A stretch of 63,053 nt of DNA, counting the filler, from Platydemus manokwari (taxonomy: Eukaryota): assembly GCA_037951405.1 (NCBI GenBank). It is 6 parts of 6 records of this genome, joined end to end, with 100 filler letters (N's around TTAATTAATTAA, not from the genome) between each part and the next. Parts side by side here need not be neighbours in the genome. Positions count along the whole stretch, not along the records: positions 43,516 to 53,790 come from JBBMOY011150438.1; positions 53,891 to 63,053 come from JBBMOY011289762.1; 4 more parts are not named here. The stretch is one strand, 5' to 3'. Every line of letters begins with the position of its first letter. The stretch's first letter is position 1. The position numbers and the translations under genes are program-made. Positions 43,516-54,039 of the stretch are shown here, piece by piece. The notes under the pieces were generated by a model that saw only the letters and a program-made list of their open reading frames with translations, had not been told where the DNA came from and did no database searches.

Positions 43516-46500
43516 GAATTAAGGTTTGAAATTGATAAAATTAATAACAAGTTGTGGGTTAATAGTTATATGTTAGATAAAAAATCTGGCTTAATAACAG
43601 AAAACAAACAAAATATTGATAAACTTGATTCTTATAAAACATATAAATAATTTATAAAACATATTCATTACTATTTTAAATAAAATTAATATTAACCTCA
43701 TTAGTTAACATGTTATTATGTAATAACACCATTTCAGTGAATAATTTTAATTCATCTAATTCTAATAATTTAACGAACCAAAAAGATTTAAATAAAACTC
43801 TAATTGGTCTCGAACCTATAACTAACACGCCTGTAGCTCAAAATACATTATACCAATTAATTCAATCCCAAATAGATCAATTTACCCAAACCCTCGATTT
43901 AAATGAAAATAACTTAAGTAATTTAACTCCTACCCCTTACCAAATTCCACCAATATCTCCTATAATTAATAATAATACTAAAATTAATAATACTCCTACC
44001 CTAACCCTAAACTACCTGGTATTTTCTGGCCTTTATGCAGTGCATTGAAATTCATATTTACCCTTAGATACTTACCTGGTGTTCAGCAACTATGACCAAC
44101 AAAGTGATTCAACACTGAGGGATGGATTACGTCCCAAATGGATTACGTAATGACGTACCGGCACATCTAACTTTTATGCAGGATCCCGAAAGTGCGTTCA
44201 AAAACCCAAAAAAGCAAAATCACTACTTAACTACTAAGAACCTCAACGAAGATAAAAAACCTATTCTGGAAAATACCCCAACATGTCCAGCCAACCTAAC
44301 TACTGGAAAAGCATTGGGACCTCACCTTCTCAATACTGGGAAAGTCAGAACAAGAAATCTAGTGCAACACAGACAAGCATATCAAGCAACCCGAGCGCAC
44401 AACCAGAACAGACTAAGGTAGACTCAAAAATACCAAAATTCAAAACACAAGACACAAGAAATGGACCTACCGTACTGTCCCCGCTTGATCTTCCGAAGAC
44501 AACCAATCCTACAAAATGTAAGGTAACCATATCAAAACAGGGGACAACTTCTCCACTTTCTCTGGCTTAATCAATTACATCAGCTCCCTCACATGCCTAT
44601 GTGACTCATGTCGTATTTCTTCTCTCCAGACCATATCTCCCCAAAAAAGAAAAAATGCTTCAGACCCACGAAGACATACAAGAAACATAGCAAAATCAAC
44701 CACATGAAGGATCAATTACTATGCAACTGCACCAAATGCCATATACCTCCAAAGCCTTCCGCAAACTCAACTGCCTCCAATCTAACGATCCCAAACTGAG
44801 ATGCACCGCTATTAAAAGCACATCAAGAAAACTGGAGCGAAACTAGCATTCAATAGTCTACAATATATCAAATGCGGCTGCAAAGAATGCACAAAAGCCT
44901 TCAACACCACCATATGACCAATACTAAACTTGGAAACCATCAAATCTTTACCAACAAGCGAATTACTGCAAAAATCTCCCAACCCGAAACCAATAACAAA
45001 ACAAGACTGTCAGATTAATTTCCAGCCAGCTGTAAAGGATACCGCACACCAACTCATGCATATTACAGCTCTTCTGACCTGCTCATGCGTGACATGCTAC
45101 ATTTCTGGACAATTAAAAATCCAGGAGCTATCAAGCAGATGGAAAAAATTCAATAAATATTTCCAGATTCAACCTGCTAGCAATAAAAAGAAACACACAG
45201 TCAGCGAAACACCCTCTGAACACAACGAAATTGTCCACCATGATGAAATCTCAAGCGATGAAACCCCACAAATAATCGAGGTGAAGACTGCGAAAAGGAA
45301 CATTGAACCAATGTCCGATCTAGTCCCAACTGAAATTGTTAAAGACATGGGTGACATCCTCCTAACACAATGGACTATTGGCTCACCAAACTCAGCATAT
45401 ACTCTTTCAGATTCAGAGGATAACTCTTCCCAGTCAGAAGAAGCCATTACCGCTCATCCAGTCACGATAGACCAACCTCAAGAACAAATCGTACTGACGC
45501 AATACTTATCGAAACTATACGGAGGAGTAAACCAAACCCCCGCCTATATGACCCTGACAGATGATAAGAATGGAAAATGCAACATGTGCACATAGATATA
45601 TCGCTTTCCATTTGCGAACACTACAATAGTTCCGAAGCACTTCAACCAATCACACAACATCGCAATCAAATCTGAATTTGCAATCCAATGCTACTGTGGA
45701 TACATCGGACCAGCTACAGGCTTCAAATACCATCTTGATAATCATGCCCAACAACCCAAGAGGCAAACTGACGACACAGATATCGATGCTCTACCGCTAT
45801 CTAACGAAGAAATACAATCACAATGACTAACCAGCTCTGCGATCGAGGTCTTCATTCACAACAAAATCACAGACCCCGCCACCAACATCTTCATAAAGCC
45901 TCAGCCAGCTATTGCCATCCTAAAGAAGGACTTCAAAACGTTCTACGAATCCTTTTCCTTCAAGAAGCTTGCAACTTGGCTAAATGCTTACTGGCTAATC
46001 CACTGGAACAACAACTACTGAAACCTCTACATCGCAGATCGCCTCAAAATGTCATCCTACTTCATTGACCCAGCCACTAAATTTCTATCAGCCGAACAAA
46101 GATGCCTATGGAACAAACTGGATAACCTTTTCCAGAACTTATGCGCTCTAAATGATGGACTTATCCTCAACCAGTCTATCTTACCAGACCTGCCACTCCA
46201 ACTCAATTCACACGACTGTGGCCTCTTCATTATTCAGCATGTCCTCGACCATGTGAACAACTCACCAATCTACTACACACCGGTTTTCCCACAACTGCGC
46301 AACGACATCAATAAAGTAATTTCGGATACCATTTTATTTAGAAAACTCGCCACACGGACCGACAAAAACTCTGGAACTTCGATGAACCCAATTTTAATAG
46401 ATGCAATTAAACTGAATGAAACTAACGCCGCGGACCTGACTCAAATACTCACCTCTGCTCGGACAGCTATTTCGTCAATGGACACATCTAGATTTGCACC

Positions 46501-47039
46501 AAAGAAAATGATCAAATCATCCGTCCTTCACTTAATGGACGAATCATCCTCCGATTACAAGCTCAGAACCCTAAGAAAACTCTACGAAATATTATGCCGT
46601 CAACCAACCCTACTGCGACTACGAATAGTGATGACATAATACAACACTATACCCAGACTAAACCGAAACCTTTATCAGCTAACTTCTGCCCACCTATGCC
46701 TAGATACGATGACAATTCAAATCTTAAAGAAATCTCAGTAGGAGAAATAGCAAACACATTCGAGAAACTAGCAAAATCCTCCCCTGGCAACGATGGGATC
46801 ACTTACAGCGATTAGAGACGAATGGACCCACAACACCTCTTTCTTCAATCACTTTTCAACAAAATACTTAAATAAAAAACCATCCCAAACCAGTGGAAAG
46901 AATTTAACACCAACTTGCTAATAAAACCGGGTAAACAAGACCTAGCTCATAATAATTTCCTGGAGGCCAATTGCGCTCACAGATACCTCATATCGTATCT
47001 TCACCACAATTCTCAACCTCAGATTATTGAAATGGATAG

Positions 47040-48299
47040 ATGCTGGAAGCCTATTATCAAAGAACCAAAAAGCCCTGTTTTGCCTCCGACGGGTGTGCGG
47101 AGAACAACGCATACCTCTTCTCTCTCCAAGAATATGCAACACAGCAGAGCAAAGACCTCAATCTATGCTGGATAGATCTCAAAGAAGCATTCCCAAGCCT
47201 TCCGCACGATATCAACAGGTTTACACTCAAATCGATTGGCTGCAACTCCCACTATATCGAAATGATACAGACCTTATACGAGGACAGCAGGACTACCTAT
47301 ACTTGTGGAATAATAAAGACTCCACCAATTCCAATCTACCGTGGTGTCAAACAAGGATGTTCATTGTCAATGACATTGTTCTGCCTAACAATTGACTTCA
47401 TCCTACGCTCATCGGCAAATATACCGGAACCGCTGAAGACCCACAACACCCAACTCTCAACATTGGCCTACGCTGATGACATAGTGATCCTAGCAAATTC
47501 CGGTGAAAACCTTGAACTCAGACTAAACCACATCATAAATTCTACTAATGATATTCAGTTAACCATAAATGCCAGCAAATGTGGATACTTCACCAAAAAC
47601 CCAAGGAATCAGATTAATCTCACCATTAACGAAGAACCAGTACCAATCATCGATGCGGAAAATCTATACAGATACCTTGGCGTCCCTTTTGGTCTCCCAA
47701 AAAGATCCCCTGTTGATAATATCTTACAAACAATTATATCTGACTTTGAAGCCATTGCCGAATCAAGACTGCATCCATCGCAGAAGTTGGCAGCATACAA
47801 TATCTTCCTGCACTGGCGACTTCCCTTCCACTTCCGAATTCAACAAGTCGAAACGATAAAATTGGACTCCAGAACACTAATCAATGACGACAATAACAAC
47901 CTCGTACAATCCTTTGACAAAAAAATACGACAAATTAGTCGCAGAAATATGAAGATGGACGGATCCAACTCTAGCAATAACTTCTTCATGTATGCCCCAG
48001 CGAAACTCGGCGGTATTGGTCTAACCACCTCACTCATGAAATACTGTATCCAAAGTGTGGTCGGGGCCTTCCGGTACTTAACTAGCTCAGACCAACAATT
48101 CAGAGACTTCATAAAGGACCACATCATTTATGTTGTGAAAAACAGAACTACGGAATCTTGCGACCTCAATACTGCCTTACTATGGATCTCGGACAAGTTG
48201 ACCACCAATAAATCCAGCTCTTCATCAACGTGGTGGACCAAAACCAGATTTGCGATAAGGAAACTAAGAAAAATAGCCATCGACATCCAGTTCTTCTAA
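47040..48299 (+). pseudogene. Reverse transcriptase core of copy A (largest open fragment, 419 aa)
   Basis: Non-LTR RT motifs DLKEAF, GVKQG, YADD; flanked by stops and frameshifts. Confidence 0.92.
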
Positions 48300-48523
48300 C
48301 ATAACACCGAAGTCCTACTGAAAATTTCAATCGATTAGGATAAAACCTACCACTTCAACTTTGACAACAAAAGAAAACTATCAGATATCCTCCATGACTC
48401 AGTCTTCATGTACCACTTCAATGAATGGAAGACTATGAAAAAACAAGGAAGACTCGCTCATTGTTTCTCTGCCTCGTACATATCGCAGAAACCACTAAAA
48501 AACTGCAACCTCTCGCCTGAGGT

Positions 48524-49192
48524 ATGGATATTTTTCCAACAAGCAAGAAACAATCTCCTTTTGCTCCGTACTTTATCAAAAAGGAAAAATCGACGCTCTG
48601 CTTAAGATGCCTTACTGAAAGGGAAACAGATGCCCATATCTTTATACACTGTCCCGCAGTACTTGGACTTGCATCGAAAAGACATGCGGTGATTCTCGAC
48701 CATCTTGAACACTACCTCAGATCGTTAGGTTTCGACACGGACATCGATATGACACCGCCTGAGATGAACACGAAACTCAGGCCTGACCTAATCACCAGGA
48801 ACAAGGTAAAACGCCGTGCCTACATAGTGGATCTAAAAATCCCTTTTGATATGGCTGAAAACTTCGAAAAACACAGACTTCTAGACTTCGAAAAACACAA
48901 GGCAATCGCTGCCGAAATCAGGACCAAAACAAGATTCGAAACCAGCTTAGATGTGCTCTGCTTAGGAGTACTTGGATCTTGGGACCCAATGAACAATGGT
49001 GTACTCTCCAACATTGGACTCGACAAAGCCCAAATCACTTTCATCGCAGGGTTTCTGATAAGCTCTTCACTGAAAGATGCCTTCGCCACCTACAAGGCCC
49101 ACACGGATATGCGAAACCTCAAGCCCCCGTCTTGGGTTAGGGCATTCAAACAACTAGCCGGACCTACCAATGATTCGCAGCAGAATCGATAA
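48524..49192 (+). pseudogene. CCHC knuckle plus restriction-like endonuclease domain of copy A
   Basis: C-x2-C-x8-H-x4-C, RH, PD...D-L-K, GVLGSW. Confidence 0.9.
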
Positions 49193-49343
49193 GAATTATA
49201 AGAATCCAAACTGGAAACTTGTCAAGCAGATATTCCGAGCACTACGGAAATGAACATATGCAGTACAAAAGATGTGAGGACTTGTGCCACCGCATCGATC
49301 AGAATATTATGTTTATATTAAATAAATTTTAGTTTAAAAAAAA

Positions 49344-52300
49344 TACTGTTTTATAATAACGATGCTTATTTTCAGGATTATCTGGCCTATGTACAGTGGA
49401 GGGAGAATGAACGATGATACTCAAGCCAATTCTACTCAAATACAATGCTCCCATCAGTCGGCAGTTCTTTCCCATTCCCACCCAGGCCAGGTGTCCAAAA
49501 TGAAATAAATGGAACTTTAAATTCTCCAATAGAAAATTTAAAAGAAAGATAAATTATAAATCTCGTTATTCTAGATTTAGACGTCCTACTACGAAGAGTT
49601 TTAACTCGAGCAGAAAAACTTAGAACGATTATAAATCATTACATAATCATTGTAATAATAAATCATCCTATAATAATTCATTTAGGAACCACGCTCCCAC
49701 TGGCCATGATGATTTTCAAACTAGAATCCCTGCTCAGGATCATATCAATCGTAACTTTGACTCTTATATCCATAATCTTTCTAATTCTAGACCTCTGGCA
49801 CAAAGACTTTGACTTCGAAAATATCCAATTTGACCACAGAAGATTCCCAATTATCCCTCAGAGCTCACTACACACTGAGAATCGATCAAATCAAGCACCA
49901 ATATCATACTCTACTGCTTTACAATCACAACAAAACACCCAGCATAATCAATTACGTAATAACAATATTGTAAATAATTCACCCACTTTTAGATCTAACC
50001 AACAATTCCCGATCCCACAACCCCTACCTCCTGCCCCTATACCATCTAACATCTAATGTTAACAATGGAAATCTTCAGCAACAATCAGGAGATAACTTCA
50101 TCATCCCTAACAAGTGGACCCCACAACAGTCCCATTTCAACCCAAAAACAAACTTCCAAAGCCAAAATAGATTTGAAGCTCTCCAAAACTTCAATGGTGA
50201 TATACCACAATCAAATCATAACCAAAAACCGATTCATAAGCCTTTTAATTACCATAATTCTAATAAAAAATCTAATTTTAATAAATCTAGATCCACACAG
50301 ACTACTGCCACACCCCCGAAACTGACGAAGGATAGTCCCCCTACCGCATCACAGAGCATCCAGCTTAGGGGTCGACAGGCGAATGGCTGTGATCGTGAAA
50401 ACGAGCAGTCGAGAGATTCTATCAACTTTTTCCTAAAACTTGTTTTATGTATTTTTCATTTTATTAATATAAACAACTCAAATGACCTTATAAGCCTATT
50501 AATTTTTAATAAAATTAACATAAATAATTTAAAAAAAACTATCAACAATAAATTTCATAATAATAGGACCAACAATATCGTTTTAAATATCACCTTAAGT
50601 ATTTTTAATAAAATTAATATTAACTCCATTAATAAATTTAATATGTTATTACGCAATAACAAAATTTCCGTAAATAACTATAATTTAACAAATCAAAATG
50701 ATTTAAATATTGCCTTACTCGATTTAGAACCCACTACTACTCCCATAGATAAAATTGACCAACTTATTCAATCGCAAATCGACCAACTTACCCAAGCAGT
50801 GGACCTGGATAATAATTTAAATAATAATTTAAATAATCCTACTCCTACCCCCTACCAAATAAGACCGATATCCCCCAGAAGTAATGAAACAATAATAAAT
50901 AATAATAAAATTAAAACCGACAACTCCACCAGTGTTGATCCCGATGATAAAATTATTTCCTCCGACTCAGAAATTGAATATATAGGACACACGCCCAATA
51001 GCTCTTTTAGTACATCACTTAATTTATATGGCGGGGCTCCAAATAATACTGCGCATATGATTATGCTTGACGATAGGACATCCAGTTGTACAAACTGTGA
51101 TAAAACTTATGTCTTCCCATTCACGTATAATAAGAATATCATAAAACATTATAATGATAAACATAATAAGGAGATATCCACTGAATTTAATATATTATGT
51201 CATTGTGATTTTATAAGTAATAGCATAGGTTTTAAGTTCCACAATGACGAACATAAGAATGCAATTATAGAAACGGATATCGACTCTACTTTTGAGGAAA
51301 TTCAAATATCACCATATGATTTATTGGCCCAATGACTGTCTAGTTCAGTCATTGAGGCATTTATTAAGTTTAAGAACCCTAACCCTATTGAATTTATATT
51401 TATAGAACCCCACTCTTCCAGTGCCATTTTAAACCGTGACTATGTAAATTTCTATATGACTTTCCCATTCCCCAACTTAGCATCATGGAAAGTAGCATTT
51501 TGGCTCATCCATTGGAATAACAGGCACTGGAACTTATATATAGTTGACCTCAATAATAATTACTCATATTATATAGATCCCGCTACCTTTTATTTAACTG
51601 AGGCCCAAAAACATTTATGGACTACTTTAGATAATTTAATTCAAAATTTAACAAAAATTAATTTGAATATTTTATTAACTCAAAATATTATCCCAAATCT
51701 CCCGAAACAAATCAACGACACAGACTGTGGACTATTCGTCATACAACATACACTAGATTATTTTACCCAGTCTGACATATGTCATACACCAAACGCCGAT
51801 TTTAAAATCCAATAAATTAAATAATAATATTACACAATCAACTAATAATCCCCACCCATTAATATTGGAAGCGTTAAAATTATTAGGAAATGACTCCCCC
51901 GACCTCACGCATATACTCACATTAGCCCGCAATGCATTAATAGCAATAGACCCTACACGATTCACAAATAAACAAATTATTAAGCCCTCAGTTCTACATC
52001 TTAAGTCCCCACAATCATCTGACTTTCGGCTAAGGCAACAATTCACACAACAACCCAAAAAAACAATTTATAATTTATTAACGTCATCAAATCCTCTCTC
52101 ACTACCAACACTAGATAACATAATTGACCATTTTACTATACCACCACCGCCACCATTACCACCGAGTTTCAACCCTGACTTACCTATAGGCAGAGATAAT
52201 TCCAATTTAAAACCGATTACCTTAGATGAACTAACAGCTTGCCTTAAAAAACTATCAAACTCAGCCCAGGTTCTGATGTCATAAGATTTAGCAACTGGAA

Positions 52301-52514
52301 TAAATTAGATCCCAACCTTAATTATCTACTAAATCTTTTTAATAAAATTTTAGCTAGCAAAACTATTCCAGATCAGTGGAAAAGTTGTAAAACTATTTTA
52401 TTATTAAAACCGGGCAAAGATAATTATATTCTATCACATATCGTAAACTCTTGGAAACCAATTGCTCTGACTGACACATCATATAGGATTTTCGCAACCA
52501 TCATTAACAATAAT
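49344..52514 (+). mobile_element. NeSL/R5-type retrotransposon, copy B: putative 5' region and decayed ORF1-like segment, ORF2 N-terminus, Zn fingers and Ulp1 protease; 3'-truncated at the start of RT
   Basis: ORF 50643 is homologous to ORF 43710 (MLLxNNxISVNN...QLIQSQIDQxTQ...TPTPYQIxPISP). Contains CTNC...KHYNDKH; protease WLIHWNNRHWNLY...YIDP...KQINDTDCGLFV with H/D/Q/C intact; LSNSAPG..., IPDQWK, NSWKPIALTDTSYRIF; then an abrupt end. The 5' boundary is inferred. Confidence 0.85.
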
Positions 52515-53570
52515 GTGGTAAATATGATGGGTGAGATTCCAAATATATATCATGTAGAAGAATTAGATGAAAATTATATATTAAAAAGTATAGACAAAGA
52601 TCAAAAAGTTGTATATACTAAAGATGTTCTAAAGCTTAGTAATATAAATTTAAATAGTCTACATCTTTATTTATGTGAAGTACTATTTGAACCTTTTATA
52701 AATAATGATATACCTGATGAAACATGCAAAAAGATACGAAAATATCATTTTGATGCAAAGTTCTTTTTAGAACTGGAGGCGATATTGTATCTTATAATTT
52801 TTATGTGAAAGATAAAGTAATGATCAACATAAATATATATTTGGTTTAGCACATAAACCTAAATTATTATTTATTTCAACCACCAATTGTGGTTTTTTAA
52901 ATGATTTGCTTTATGATTTTTATCTATATAATGAATAAATATTTCCTAATTTTATTTAAGCTATATCTAAAGAGATACTTAAATTAGAAAAATATTTGGT
53001 TGATTATAATAACCATATTAACATATATATAAATAAATAGTTTTTTTAGTTTTCTTTTTCATAAATATTGAAAATATCTGCAAGAACTAAATCATTATGC
53101 TTATCAAAAGTGATATATTTATATTTTGTATTCCATTGTTTATTTGTAATAAAAGTAAAGTCTTCTTTTTCTAAAGTATTACTGAAATAATCTGAATATA
53201 TTAAATCTTTATCCCTTTTATTTAATTTAAACAAAATAACGAAATTGAAATTATTTCTAATTGTTTTCTATGGCAAATCAATTCAACTTTGTGAACCATA
53301 AATACTATTGCAATTATTATGTCTTCCTCTTGTATAATAAGCATACATAATTTTCTGGTTCTTCTCTGTCACACAATCATCAAAAGTTATTAAATTCTTT
53401 TTTGTTTTATTTAAATCTGAAGGATTCATAATTTTACCACATTCAGAGTTATTACATTTAGAGTTATTAGAGTTATAGAGTTATTACATTTTTCAAGAAA
53501 TCTTTCTGTACAAAGTTCAGAGATTTCTTTTATTGTTAAATTTTTATCAAAGTTGTCTTGGTCAGTAGTA
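52515..53570. mobile_element. Polinton/Maverick (virus-like DNA transposon) fragment
   Basis: Abrupt switch to very AT-rich, virus-like coding sequence: an unknown + strand ORF (52515-~53040, frameshifted) convergent with a packaging ATPase on the minus strand. Confidence 0.7.
53046..53450 (-). pseudogene. A32/FtsK-HerA-like DNA packaging ATPase of Polinton type (C-terminal half, frameshifted)
   Basis: IMNPSDLNKTKKNLITFDDCVTEKNQKIMYAYYTRGRHNNCNSIYGSQS (Walker B FDD, arginine-finger RGRH, SQ), then FDLP*KTIRNNFNFVILFKLNKRDKDLIYSD. Confidence 0.8.
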
Positions 53571-53790
53571 TGTTACACCAGTGTTTGACGCCGGGGGGCT
53601 CAAAAATGAATCACATATGATACATGCTTTTACAATTGGCAAACTACTACACTATTTTACTAGGATACTATTAATGGATCTTAGTTTTGTAATTTGCAAA
53701 TTTCATAAATATAAAAAACTAAAAAACTAAAAAAACTAAAAATCTGCGTAATTTAAATATTTTTAAGTGATATAATTTTAAATTCCTATT

Positions 53791-53890
53791 NNNNNNNNNN
53801 NNNNNNNNNNNNNNNNNNNNNNNNNNNNNNNNNNTTAATTAATTAANNNNNNNNNNNNNNNNNNNNNNNNNNNNNNNNNNNNNNNNNNNN
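53791..53890. other. Artificial contig-joining spacer
   Basis: N44-TTAATTAATTAA-N44. Confidence 0.98.
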
Positions 53891-54039
53891 GTATGTTAAT
53901 GATTTGCTACAGCACACACACAAGTGTTTACATCTGGTGTCAAATTCCGGTTATTAAGTTATAGACCAAATAATTTATACTCACATATTTGTAGTCATTG
54001 ATATTAATTATTATTCACTGATTAAAGAACTTTATTTCT

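Larger units (their letters stand above)
43670..49343 (+). mobile_element. NeSL/R5-type RLE non-LTR retrotransposon, copy A (near-complete ORF2, pseudogenised): Zn fingers - Ulp1-like protease - RT - CCHC - restriction-like endonuclease
   Basis: CCHH-like KCNMC...KHFNQSH (~45575-45655). Protease WLIHWNNNY*NLY...YFIDP...QLNSHDCGLF (45990-46230). RT: KSSPGNDGI, WIDLKEAFPSLPH, GVKQGCSLS, LAYADDIV, YRYLG. Zinc knuckle CLRCLTERETDAHIFIHC, then RH, RPDLI...VDLKIP (PD-(D/E)xK) and VLGSW. 3' UTR ends with AATAAA (49321) and A8 (49336-49343). Confidence 0.92.

Noticed and set aside
43998-44012. CCCTAACCCTAA telomere-like repeat near a composition shift
   Set aside because: Only two units, and it encodes TLTL within the ORF
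44068-44120. ATACTTACCTGG, identical to the U1 snRNA 5' end, suggesting a U1-targeting element
   Set aside because: It lies in the element's own reading frame (DTYLVFS, echoing NYLVFS just upstream). No ATTGCAC loop, Sm site or 3' half of U1 follows it or appears at the element's 3' end.
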